A stretch of 64,000 nucleotides of DNA. Origin: Raillietiella orientalis. Its lineage: Eukaryota. Below are positions 52,401 through 64,000 of the stretch, in pieces. The stretch spans positions 3,534,001-3,598,000 of the forward strand of contig JAYWIR010000003.1 in NCBI GenBank assembly GCA_036172245.1. The letters run 5' to 3'. The translations under genes were made by a program, and so were the position numbers. The notes beneath the pieces were generated by a model, which made no database searches, had not been told where the DNA came from, and saw only the letters and a list, made by a program, of their open reading frames with translations. The stretch's first letter is position 1. Every line of letters begins with the position of its first letter.

Positions 52401-52853
52401 CCGACTCGTTCGCTTCTTCTTCCAGAGCCTCCGCGACATTGGTCCCACTCGTCAGCATTTCTCCGCAGAGATCAGGCGCGGTCGCACGCGAGTGTTTTTG
52501 CCCTCATCTTCAGCGCGGCTCCCGGTTGAGACCTTCTCTCGGGGTTGTCTAAGGCAGGGCGTAGGGGGACTCCTTGCTCTGCGGTCGACCTCCTGCTCCT
52601 CCGTCCCTTCCTGCTCCCCGGAGGTACCGGTGGGCGCATGGGGAATGCGCTCGCGATGACGTCACCTGGAAAGCATGGGGCAAGAGCTCCCTGTCTTCTC
52701 CTTCCCATCAAACGGGAGCCTGCCTTCTTTCTCGTGCACGCCCCGTTCTGGCGCCTGGACTCCTTGGGGGAGAGGAGACCGCTCCTGGAGACCTGCGTCC
52801 TTCGGACCCGAGAAGAGGAGAGAGCATTTCCCTGCGTGCGCGCGTCGCTCTAG

Positions 52854-53259
52854 GTCCGTGCAAAGAGGACCTTGTCCTGGAGACGAACCTCCGACTGCAC
52901 AGGACATTGAGGAAACGCGCTTTCAGAGCACGCGGATCATTCCCAACGACCACTTCCGGCAGTCTCTCCCCACCCTCACCCACCAAGAGATGCAACACCA
53001 TCAGAATGTCCTTGCATACCGGGAGCGTTCCACGTTCAGGGAGACAGCCGAGATGTCTTCTCCCGGTGCTGCTGCTGGCCGCCCCACCAACTACGCGCCA
53101 GACGTTTTCGAGAGCACTTTCGAGACAGCTCCCTCAAGGAAGGGACGAACTTCGGAGAGAGGACGCTTCCTCATCGGCCAACTGGGAAAAGAGCTCGATC
53201 TGGCTGAAGAGGTCAGGGAAGACCCTGAGGTGCTGATTAGCGTTCCTGAACCTTCGTAG
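52854..53259 (+). CDS. Putative terminal coding exon of an unidentified gene
   Basis: The acceptor ctctag| at 52853 is followed by a 134-codon frame with protein-like composition (SVQRGPCPGDEPPTAQDIEETRFQSTRIIPNDHFRQSLPTLTHQEMQHHQNVLAYRERSTF...EEVREDPEVLISVPEPS*), unlike the R/G/P-rich junk ORFs around it. No family recognised and upstream exons not identified. Confidence 0.4.
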
Positions 53260-54099
53260 CCAGCAGCGCGTCGTGTTCGGTGCGAGCGTCCCCCGCTCGG
53301 TTGAGGCGCTAGCAAACAGGAAGCTTCCCCTGCGCGTCTTCCGCAAAGGAGAAGGCGATGTGGCCTTCCCGCGCATTCTGGTTGACGGACCGCTGACCCT
53401 CCGACGGGAGACTCCGCGTCTCCTTCGGTCGCGCCCACTAGCGCGCTACCAAGCACCCCCTCAGCCTGACCAGACACGCACCCCACTTGGACAGCGCGAC
53501 TTCTTTTTCGGGGAGGCGGCGGGCGGCAAGGTGAGGTGTTAGCAAAGTGCTGGCTTTCGGACGCGCACCAGCTCGCCGGGTCGCGGCAGCTGGTGGCGCA
53601 CGACCCGGTGCGCGCTGCTGCTGCCCCGCACCGCCGCCGCTGCAGGCGACGACAGACGACCGCGACGGTGACCACGCTGCGCTGCCGAGTCGCGTCCCCC
53701 TTGCTCCCGCCCACCCCACGTGAGGAGAAGGAGAGAGAGGCCTGCCTTGCTCGTCGTCGCATACACGGGCGGGCGCGTGCAAGTTTTCTGGCGCCCGCCC
53801 CGGGAGCAACCGGCCCCCCGCAGCTTGCCGGTGGCGGTGGTGACGGTCGTCGGATGGTGCTGCGGCGCACGCGCGGTGCGTTCTTCGCGGTCGCGTGGGA
53901 ACGAGTTCGCCTCCTTTTTGGCGGTTCTCGTTTGGCGCAGGAAAAGCAAAGAAAGAAGGGGGGCAGTGGAAAGGGAAAGAAAAGGCAAGGGAAGGAGAGT
54001 TCGCAGTGCGTGAGAGCTTTCCGTTCCGAGCAGCGCCCCATCTCTGTTCGTGCATCGGAACTGAACCTCGGCATCTAGCAGTGCGGTGACGAATCAACA
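53163..54099 (-). repeat. Right arm of a long, near-identical inverted repeat
   Basis: Reverse complement of 31818-32797 apart from one visible SNP and a net 43-nt indel. Confidence 0.97.
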
Positions 54100-57000
54100 C
54101 CGCAGTGCATTTTTCTCGCGAGTGCCGCTCATTTTTCGGAGAAAAACCCTTGGCATCGCTCGGTCTCCGCTTCTAATTTGTCTGCAGATGAGGGATGACC
54201 GGACGCTCTGCCTCCGTGAAGGCACCAGCGGCACGAGAGGACGCGGCGCAACGAGCACGTAGCCACGCGCGCGGATCGCCCGGGAACGCAGTTGGCTGCC
54301 TCGCTGCCTTGACCTCGTTTCGCTTGCTACCGTCTAGTGTCGTGCGACACTTGGAACATGAGGCGGAGGTGCATTCCTGAAAGGTACAGCATTTCGGATG
54401 CGGGGGATCGTGCGCCCTCCCTCCTCCCCCTCCCCTTTGACGGATTGGCTTCCGGACTGCAGTCGCTGTGGAGGCGCGAAAACTTGCGTCGCGCTTCTTT
54501 CGCATGCCTCTCGCTGGACGGATGGTAGACGCGGGGTCTCGGGAGAGAGGCGCGGAAGGTGGACAGAAGGGGAGAGGGGGCGAGGTCGCGAAGCGTCGCG
54601 ACAACGGTGACGGGATGCGATGTCTCGTGACAATTGCCGCGCGCCGGGTCGAGGGGACGTTCCCACCCTCCTCCCCGGAGACCCGGAAGATGGGTGGAAC
54701 ACCATCGCGGCGAGGACAGTGACCTTTTTCTGTTGGCGCGGTCTTCCGCCCCGCGGACTCAAAGGGGAGGAGGCCGAGGGAGCCGTGGCTACCCGGGCAG
54801 CTGCGGCGCTTTTCTGCTCTTCCTCCTCGGTTGCGGGGAAGAGTCCGCTCCCGCCTCCAGTTCCGATGAGCGGAGCTCCGCCTGCCGAAGCAGTAACGTT
54901 AGCGCCGTCGCCGCCCGTTCCTCTCGCGGAGGTCTCCCTCTCTCGCATCTTCCGGGATGCTGGCGGGGAAGGATGAGGAGGGGGGGCTCCGCGTCGCAGG
55001 CCGGCACGCGCCGATGCAGGCGAGCGCGCGTGCCCGCTTCCGTTTCCTCCGGGCTCCCCCTCCTTCCGGGAGGACGAGGAGGAGGAGGAAGGGGAGGGGG
55101 GCAAGGAAACGGGGATCGCCCGCAGCGCGGCGTTTTCTGGCTCGCGAGGGATGCGGTGATGTCGCAACCCGGGTGACGGGGGAACGGAAGCGTTCGCCCT
55201 CGCTGCGCTCCCTTCCTGGGAGGTCTCGAGGGCTCCCGCCGCTTCCGGACGTCGCCGCGTGGACGGAGGATCCTAGGAGTACGGGAGACGTGTGGGGAAG
55301 CGGACCCACTTCCTGTCCCTCCTTTGCCTCCTTCGGTAGGACACCTGTCTCGGAGCGCGCGGCGGGCGGTATCCGTAGCGACGCGAGATTCGCGAGAGGA
55401 TCCTGGAGGCCTCGAGCCTCTCTGGTTTGGTGACCGAAAAGCCGAAAGCTGACCTCCCCCCCTTCCTCCCTTCCTCCCTTCCTCATGGGGAAGAGGAAGG
55501 AGCAGCGATTCGCTGCTTCGAGCGGGACCAGGCGGGAAGGTCACGTGACTCGACCGCCGCCGCGCAGGTGCGCTCCCCTCCCCTGTCCCCCCCCTTCTCG
55601 AATTGCTCGCAATCTTGGAGCTGGAGCCATTAAAGCCCCTAACGACGTCTCCCTCGCCTTCCGCCCCATTCGCCTTCCCCCCGTTTCCTTGTCGCCATGG
55701 CGCCCCCGCGAGCACTCGTTTTCCCGGCCGTTTCTCGCGCGAATCGTCCCCGGGAAATCGCCTCCTCCTCTTCGGACCGCGCACACGCGCTCCGTGGGTC
55801 ATCTGTCGTTTGAGGGGCGATGACCCCGTCGCCTCCCACATCCCCCCCCCCCCGCTAACCGAACAGTCCGTTTGCGGATTCCGCGAGCAAAAAGGGACAG
55901 GGGGGAGGAAGAGACGCGTCTTCCGCCCTGCTCTCTGCAGTCTCTGTTCTTTCCCTCCGGGAAACAACGAAGCCGTGGTCGCGGGATCCGGGATGCCCGT
56001 CAGACCTATGCGAAGGAATCCCTCCCTCAGCGTCATCCCCACCAGGCGTCATCCCTCCCACTTCCCGGTTCACTTCTGAGCCTCCCGCCGTTCTCTTCAG
56101 AGGCTGGGAGGTGGGCGGACTGCGGCGCTCCTCGGGCCCTCTGATCTTTCCGGCTTTCTCAGGGAAGGGGGAAGGGGGAGGGGGGAACTGCTTCCGGGAC
56201 TCCCAGGAACCGCCTCCCCTCCCCCTTCCCTGCCACCCATGCAGGCGCGCACCCTGTGGGACCGCGCCCGCCGCCGCGTGGGATGGCGGGGCTTCCACGA
56301 TGCGTGCGGGAAGAGCAAGCTGCTGCTTTCCCGAAGCCGCGCGGCCGCGCCGTCCGCAGGGGATGCCGCGTGCGTCGTCGGCGCCTCTCCCTCCTCTTTC
56401 CTCCTGGTGGCGCAGGGGAGATGTCCGCTTTCGGGAGTCAGGGGGACGTTCCAGCTCCCCACCCTGCTCCTTTCCATCCGTCTCCAAGCGACCGCGGGCT
56501 GCGGTGAGCTGGAGGGAAGTGTCTTAGCGACGCTCCCGTCCTCCCTCTCTGTATGGGGTGTCCTTCGCGACGGGATGCTCTAGCGGGTGGCACCATCTCG
56601 CGAGCTTCTTGCTGTTGCTGCTTCCTGCCCTCCCCCCTCGCCCCCCTTTTTGGCGCATAGAGGTGTGGGTGTGAGTGACGTCTCGTTTCCTCTCCCTCCT
56701 CCCCGGGTCGTCGCGGGGTGGGGAGGAAATACGGGGGAGCAGAGGGAGGAAAAGGGGTGAAGGGGAAGCGGTTCGCTCCTGGGTTTCACGGCACCTTTTG
56801 GGCGATGACTTCGGGAAGCGCCCTGCTCCTTGGAGTCCCCTTCATCCTTCTTCCCTAGGGCAGTGTCGCGATACCCTCTTTCCCCCTTGTCGCTTTTTTC
56901 CCTCCCGCGAGGAAGGCGAGACCTCCGTTCGCGGCAGCGCCTTCTCTTCCTTGGAGACCCACAGGGCGCGTGACGGAGAGGGATCCTCCTTCGGCGCCCG

Positions 57001-57896
57001 GACTGCTCGGTGGGAACCGCCGTCCGGGTATAGGATACCTGGAAGACGACTCTCCGGAAGAGCTCGCGAGGGCCGGTGCGTCTCCTCCCGTCCACAACGA
57101 AGACGTCGCACCTTGGAGTTTCCCAAGAGGGGCGAGTCCTGGGGATGAGGAAGGGAACAAGAGGTCGAGGGGAACCTGGAAACGGCGGCTTTCCGTCCAT
57201 GGTGGCGCCGGAAGCGTTCTCGGCGTCGAGGGAACCGGAAGGCAGCGCCGTCTCGTAGGCAACCCTCGGCAGGGAGAGGTGGGGAAAGATCCCTGCCCGA
57301 GTTCTCGGCGGAGTCCCAGCGAGGAGGAGCGGCTGGGTGGCGGATCGCGTGCGCGCTCTCTTGTCGACGCCGTTCCCTCCCGGGCTTTGGCTCGGCAGCG
57401 TGACGCGGCGGGCTCCGCCACTTCTTCGGCGAGCCTTCGATGGGGATGCTGAGTGCGATGGGTGCTAATGATGGATGCTCTGCGTTTCCCTGGGTTCCCC
57501 AATCCCATTCATTTGACCGTGTGATCTCATCACTCGAGAAACCAGCTGCGCATGTGTTGTGCTGCCGTTGTGTGTGTGGGGGGGAGGGGGGGTTGCGTGG
57601 CACGAGCAATCCCGCGTGTCACTTTCGAGTTTCTCGACGATGGCGAGGAATGGAAGTGGCGATGGAAAAGGGGGAGCAGCAGCTGTTTGATTACCGCGGA
57701 ATGGAAAACCCTGCTTTTTGTGAGCTGGGCGATGGGGCCCTCGTTTGGCCGATGTCCCCGGATGCGCGCGCAGCTTACGCGAGCGTTTCGGTTCAGCCGC
57801 GCGGGGTGAGAAAATCCTCAGCGTTTCGTAGCCCTCTCTTGGGAAAAACAACGAGAGGGAAAGAGAGAGAGAAAACTCACGGAAACGCGCGAAATA

Positions 57897-58100
57897 ACAA
57901 TGAGACGCGCGCGCGCTTCATCGCTTCCCCATTGTTGTGCATCCTGACTCGGTCTCGCTTTCCGCCTGGGAACTTCCGACAATGAAACGCGTGTGCATCA
58001 CCGCTTCCCCATTGTTGCGCATCCTGACGCGGTCTCGCTTTCCGCCTGGGAACTTCCGACAATGAAACGCGTGTGCACCACCGCTTCCCCATTGTTGCGT
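57897..58100. repeat. Minisatellite, 80 bp unit, ~2.5 copies
   Basis: cgcttccccattgttg recurs at 57922, 58002 and 58082, and the intervening units are nearly identical. Confidence 0.95.
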
Positions 58101-58390
58101 ATCGGCGCAGTCGCACCCTTTCTTTTTGCTTTGGAGCTTCATCAATGCGACGTGCGCTTCAACGGGGTTCCGCTGTTATTGTGAATGCGAATGGGGAGGC
58201 GGAGGGACGTCGTGGATTCCTCTGGCGTGGAATTTGTTCGATTTTTCAGCTCCAGCCTTCGGACCGGTTTCTCTTTGCCTCAAAGCGGCTTGACGAAGCG
58301 GCGCGGCGCTCCCCGGATGTCGGCCTCTCAAAGGACATGGAATCTTTGAGAAGCCGTTCTCTGGACCAGCAGCGGGAGAATCTTGCCTCA

Positions 58391-58666
58391 ATGGAGAAAA
58401 GAACTCTGCTGTTCCTCGCTGCGCTGTTCCTGATTTCTATTACTTCTCCCTGTAGCGGTTATGGGAAAGAGCGTGGGACCGGCCGCCTGCAGGATGGACG
58501 TTCCAACTCCCGGTCGCTACCAAGTCTAATTACATTGCCGTGGCCAGGCAGACGTGCCCCGCGGAGAGAAGTCTCTGCATTAAGCGGAAGATTTCTGCGC
58601 CTAGAGAACGTAGCGGAGTCCAGGGAGCCGGATAGCCTTAAGCGCCACGGGATTTCGTCTGCATAG
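58391..58666 (+). CDS. Candidate small secreted peptide precursor (91 aa)
   Basis: MEKRTLLFLAALFLISITSPCSG looks like a signal peptide, and GRR, RR and KR sites follow. An acceptor-like tttttcag lies upstream (~58249). No homology recognised. Confidence 0.2.
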   Translation: MEKRTLLFLAALFLISITSPCSGYGKERGTGRLQDGRSNSRSLPSLITLPWPGRRAPRREVSALSGRFLRLENVAESREPDSLKRHGISSA

Positions 58667-59030
58667 CTTTCCGGAGGGTCAGGAATCAGGGTCAAGAAGG
58701 GCTCTCAGGGAAAGGAATTTGTTTCCTCCGACCTCGGAGTTTTCCGATATGACGCGCTCCTCTCCTCGAACAAGGGGGTTCGAGGGGACAGAAAGCGAAA
58801 TATCCAGGAAGCCCTCGAGACAAAAGGTCCGTTCCCGGAAGGCAAAGAAGTAGCCTGGAGGCGGAATCTCTGTCCTCGTCCCATGCACTCTCCTGCTCCT
58901 TTCCCCCAAAGGGAGGGAGCGCTTTCCCTCGCTTGCCCCCATTCCCTTCCTCTTGCCCCTCTCGTCCGGAACGCGCCACCACGCATCCTCTCAGTTCGTT
59001 TCTCGTGTTGCAGATGTTCGTCCGAGGGCG

Positions 59031-61060
59031 ATGGACGTGAGCCTGTCGCTGCTGCTGCTCATCACGGCCGCGTGCTGGCAGGCCGGAGCTCTGTGCCCCG
59101 GGAAGTGCGCATGCAACGTCGATAACCTCGGACGGAGGACGCTGCACTGCCACGAAGGGGAGCTGACGGACCTGGCGGCGCTGGTGCGGTCGGACGGCAG
59201 AAAGGACCACGAGGTCATCCGTATCACGTCCCGGGAGGACAATCCCAACCGCCTGGAGCTGGGCCCCCTGTTCCAGCCCTATCGGTTCCTCAAGGAGCTG
59301 AGGATCACCCATTCCGGTATCCCCATCATCGGCAGCCGGACTTTCTTGAGGATGTTCCAGCTGCGGGTGCTGGACCTCGGCCATAACCGCCTGGAGCGTC
59401 TGGCAGCCGAGTCCTTTCGCGGATTGCCGGCCCTTGAAGAACTCCTTCTGGACGGCAACCGCATTGTTTCGGTACCCAGTGGCACCTTCGCGTCTCTGGG
59501 GCGCTTGCGCGTGCTGTCCCTCGCAGACAACGCCCTCCCAGGACTGTCCCCGCGCATGCTGAGTGGCCTCCGCAACTTGGAGACCCTGGACGTCAGCGGC
59601 AACGACGTGCGCCACCTGGACCCGGACGTCTTCGAGGACGTCAGGCGGCTGCGCGTGCTGCGCTGCCGTCGCTGCCGGCTGACAGAGGTCAACCAGACGG
59701 CTCCCCCGAGACGCGGCGAGACCGACGCCCGCATGCTCTTCCGGGTGATCTCCCGCCTGGAAGAGGTGGACTTTCGCGACAACTCGATCGCTTTCCTTAT
59801 CCCTGACCAGTTCGGTGACCTCCCGCGCTTGCGTGTGCTCCGCCTGGACGGCAACCGCATCGCCTCTGTCCCTGGACGTGCCTTCGTCGACCACACGTTC
59901 CACGTCCTGGGTCTGGGTAGGAACGCGGTGCGTCACCTCTCCCCCTACGCCTTCTACGGGATCACGGTGGCCGAGCTGGACCTCTCATTCAATGCCTTGC
60001 CGCTCCTGGATCGGGACGCGCTGAAGGGAATCGCTCCCGACGTGCTGTCTCTTGACGCGGGAGGGAACCCCTTTGGAGAGGACCAAGGCCCGGGAGACGC
60101 TCTCGCCCTCTTCCGGAGGGTCCGCATCCTCTCTCTGGCCGATTCCCGCCTGGACTTTCTGGAAGCATCCCTCTTCGAGCCACTGACAGCTCTGCATACC
60201 CTCAACCTTTCCGGGAATCGCCTGTCGGCGCTGCCAGAGGGACTTCTCGCCTCTCTCCCGAACCTACGCTTCCTGGACCTCTCCCGAAATTCTTTCCGCT
60301 CCCTGGATGAGGGGACTCTGAGGTACCTGAGCGACGTGAGCGTTGTTCACCTGCAGAAGAACCCCTGGGCGTGCGATGAGTGCCATGTCTTCCCGCTGCT
60401 GCGGTGGCTCCGCCGCTACGAGCGCTACAGTCGCTCCTGCGAGCCGGAGACACCCGGCGGCCTCTGCCTGAAGTGTTCCACCCCGTACAGCCACCTGGGC
60501 ACCGCCATCCAGAGGCTCGAGGATTCCCAGGTGGCTCCCTGCAGCGCTCCGGAAGAACCTCTCGTTTCCGGGATCGCCTCCCGTCCCAACTCGCTGGTGA
60601 GATCGGAGGGAAGGGGTAGGGTAGACGCAAGCGGGAGGAGGGGGGGGGGAGAAGGAGGGATGGTGGTGGTGGCGGCGGCGCGCTTCTCCTCCAAGTCTCT
60701 TGGAACGTCTCATCCCTCGGGATTTCTCTCCCTTCCTCTTCCCGACTTCCCCACCAGATCGGCGTCGTCTCCGCCTGCTGCGTCGTCCTCGTCCTGTGCT
60801 TCCTGGTGGTGCTGCTCGTCTGCCTCCACGGACACCGCTCCGCCCACTACTACACCCACGAAGACAAGCGCATCGGTGATCCCCGCTTCCCGCTCGTGGC
60901 TCCGGAGCACAGGAAGGCCGCCATCGCTACTATTGAGGAGCTCAGCAAGGACGACTGCCTCTTCGGCGACGAACCGAAGGAGCCTCAGGCGGAGCCCAGC
61001 CATCTAGCGCTCGACCGCGGCAGAGACTCGCTGCTCAACGGGTGCGCCTTCGTGCGCTAG
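59031..61060 (+). CDS. Leucine-rich-repeat type I transmembrane protein (ALS-like arthropod LRR). Exons 59031-60596 and 60758-61060, about 622 aa.
   Basis: Signal peptide MDVSLSLLLLITAACWQAGA, LRRNT CPGKCAC...C, many LxxLxLxxN repeats and LRRCT NPWACDEC...C. A 161-nt GT-AG phase-0 intron leads to the TM helix IGVVSACCVVLVLCFLVVLLVCL and a cytoplasmic tail with HYYTHEDKR and IATIEEL. Codons are strongly G/C-ending. A 5'UTR acceptor ttgcag lies at 59013. Confidence 0.92.
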
Positions 61061-64000
61061 ACGCCGCCGCCGACCCTTCTCCTCCACTGAGGGTCGCCTT
61101 CCTGCGCGCTCGGGACGGGCGCCCCGATTCCCGGAGGCGGCGGAGCCGGGTCGCCCAGAGGTCTGCGACACCGGAGGGAGGCGCCCTGCAGCCGCTGCCG
61201 GTGCGCGCGGGGCCGGAAAACTCCCGAATCCAACTTCCCGGTTAACTTATGGAACGCCTCCCAGTAAATATTTTTATGAACCTGCTTCCGGGATCCCTTT
61301 TGGCTCCGGGGAACGGAGAAGGGGACGAGGAGAGGGCTGGCTGGAGGGGCGGCGAGCATGGGGCTTTCGGGAACCGCCCTTCGCGTCCTTTCGTTTCAGA
61401 GAGCGTGCGCGTTGCTTCCGCGGGCCCTGACGGAAGAGACGGCGCACTGCGCGTCATCGCTGTGCGCGGAGGCGTCTAAAAATAGTCCGCACGTTCGGCG
61501 CAAATCGACGCGCATGCGCTCAAGGTGTGTCGGAGCATTGCGTAGGCTCTTACTGGAGCTTGCGAATGGTAGGCGCGCCTCGTCCGCCGCTCGTCGTCGT
61601 CGGGTTCCGGGGCACGTAGGTTGGGAGGAGGGGGGACTGAAACGCGGGTAGGTTTTCCTGCTTGCCTCTCCCAGGTTGGAAGCGGGGGTTCTCCGTGTGA
61701 AGCACAGCGACGAACCTTCCTCAGCTAACAGTCTCCCTTGCGACGAGACCGCTCCTTTCCTTCGCATCTGGCGAAAAGCCCGTTCTCCAGAACGCAGATT
61801 CCTTCTTTCCGGAAGCCATCCTGCTCCGCTTCCTTCCCAAAAAACACGAAACTCCATAACAAAACCGCTCCTTTCTCCCGGGATAACCTGCGTCTCCCGA
61901 TTCTTCCCTTTCCCCTTGTTTTGTTTCGTCCCCCCCTCCTCCTTCCTCCCCCCTCCCCACGAACGGCCTACTAACGCATTGCCGGGTGATCTGACCTTGC
62001 CTGGATGAGACCTGAACCCTCCTGCACGTTGAGTGGCGCGGTGCTCGCTGCCAGGGTGGGGGTCTTCCGACCCGCTCTTCCTGCTCAGTGGGGTGCTTCA
62101 GCCATCGGAGAGGGGTCAGATTCCTGCAAAAAGCCGTAGCAGAAAACAAAAAAAAGAAAATGGGATGAATGAGGACATGGGAAGGCAAAAGTATGGGGAC
62201 AGGAAGACAAGCAAGAGGAGCTGCAAGATGACCGCCCGTTAAGGGGAAGGCACCGAAGTCATGCGTGAGTGCTGATGGGAACGAGCGATGCGAAGATGGG
62301 GTAGAAATGAGGGTGTCCCTGCTAAAGGGAAACGGGAAAGAGGATCGGACGTCAGGGATGAAGAGAAGGGCGTGGTCGAAGTACGCAGGAGGAAGGGAGA
62401 TCGAGAGGGAAGGGAATGGGGCAAGGAGGCCGTTGCCACTGTGAAAACAAGGGGAAGAGAGAGGTTCAGCGGTTGGATTCGCTCCTTTCGAGGAGGCGAG
62501 GCGACTCCTACAGCTTCCGAGGCGTCATCCCCGACGGCGCAGAGGTCACACAATAGGCGTTGAGCGGAGGCAGAGGCTTTGGCTGAGGAGACGCCGGGGC
62601 TCTCCGTGGTGGCTGCTTCTCTTTAGCAGCAGAGACAGCAGGAGACCGAGGCAACTTCCGGAAAACCATCATTCGGTTACCGTTAGCGGACCCCAGCTGT
62701 TAATAAGAGCTAATGCCGTCTTCGTGGACTCCTCCAGCAATACTCCTGTTATTACATGACCATCATCGCGCCTCCAGCTATTGTAATTACTTTTATGCGA
62801 ATTACTTCTAGGAATTTCATCTCAAGTCATAGTAGCCACCCATAGCAGCAGGACGCTGCAGCAAACGGCAGCAATAATTTACCATTAGCACGCTCCTTGC
62901 GCGCTCCTTGATCACCAGCACAAGAGGTTACCGTCGGTAGGACCCGTTGCTATGGGTGCCAGCATCTTCTGCGTTACGTTCCTTCTGCTTAGCACGTGTC
63001 CTCGTCGCCACGAGCACACTCCTCCGCCGTCGCCGTGCGCCACTGCTAGAGGTCGTGCCCGCATCCAAGGACGCCACCATCCCTTCCCACTCGGCTCAGG
63101 AATCTCGCCTCAAAACCAGGAATCGCCGCGCTGGCCCCGAAGGAAGCGAGAGTCCTGCTCGTGCGGCTGCTATCCCGGGACCCCTCCTGCTGAACCGAGG
63201 ACGCGGCGCTGATCTCCGGGGAGGTCGCTTGGCTCATCCTCCAGTGGAGGGAGGGCAGGAAGAGGCAACTGTCTGGTAATTGCCTCTCCCTCGACGGAGT
63301 GGTCCCTGCCCTTTCGTCGTGCGGCAGGGAGCCGACCGGGGTCTTCTTGGTGCAGCTGACCGGGTGGCCCGGGAAGGAGCCACGTGAGGCGCGGCCTCGG
63401 AGGCAGAACGGTCGCAAAAAGGTCGTAGTCTGCCGAAGGTGGTCGGCGACGTCCGAGGGTGGCAGGGGCAGAGGTGCCTCTCGACACGGGAGGAGGCGAC
63501 GACTTCCCCCGGGGGAGGGGGGAGAGGGACGCGCCGGAACGCCATCCGAGAAAGTCGGTAGGGAAGCCCCTGGAAGCTCTCCTGCCCCGTTGGGTTCCAG
63601 GATCCCGTGGAGCGACCAGCGGGCGCCCCCGGCGTGCCTCCATAGCGGACGACTGATCATCCCGGAAACGGTCAAAACGGGAGATGTCTGCCGTGACAAA
63701 TTGCCTCCGTTTTCCACTCACGCCGCCGGTGATGGTTGCTAATGGCTGCAACCGCTGCCGGTAACCCGCAGCGACTGGATGCTGCTGCTGGCCGTGGAAA
63801 TCGATGGCATCGATGCTAACAACCGACGGGTGGCGACCCTGGTGCTGAGACTAGAGACTTTGTCCGCGACCGCGAACGGCAGTACTCGCTTCTGAGAAGG
63901 GTGGCGCCAGTGGCAACGATGGTGGCGCTACTGCTGCATGTGTGCAGCAACAGTAGGTGCAAGCCGGTGTTCAGAGGAGTAGCAACTACTGCTCCCTGTT

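Noticed and set aside
31818..54099. Intact Polinton/Maverick or LTR element
   Set aside because: No pPolB, integrase, ATPase or capsid ORFs and no TSD, and the repeats are inverted rather than direct.
57897..58100. CRISPR-like array
   Set aside because: Whole 80-bp units are repeated with no unique spacers, the context is eukaryotic and there are no cas genes.
58692..59936. 414-aa minus-strand ORF
   Set aside because: Antisense shadow of the GC3-rich LRR gene.
60597..61007. C-terminus of the 684-aa ORF as given in the track
   Set aside because: It reads through an intron. Splicing 60597-60757 gives a proper TM helix and tail in another frame.

Overview
This is eukaryotic (invertebrate, probably arthropod) genomic DNA, not prokaryotic. 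Three spliced protein-coding genes are well supported. (1) The 5' part of a KDELC/POGLUT2-like protein O-glucosyltransferase (minus, 503 to beyond the left edge), with two tiny introns of about 42 and 43 nt. (2) An Asteroid/ASTE1 XPG-PIN-fold gene (minus, 15398-13359, two coding exons). (3) A signal-peptide LRR type-I membrane protein (plus, 59031-61060, two coding exons). Between them lies a graveyard of decayed non-LTR retrotransposons: one NeSL/Utopia-like RT-CCHC-RLE element and at least four relics of one L1/Tx1-like family. There is also a clear antisense 28S rRNA pseudogene and a possible second, much older one. The most striking structure is a pair of almost identical ~0.94-0.98 kb inverted arms (31818-32797 and 53163-54099) bracketing a ~20.4 kb GC-rich interval. 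Each arm carries the same outward-facing reading-frame end, downstream of a different putative splice acceptor. Base composition shifts from AT-rich on the left to strongly GC/CpG-rich on the right. Most ORFs in the supplied track in the GC-rich half look spurious. All homology calls are from motif recognition by eye, not from searches.
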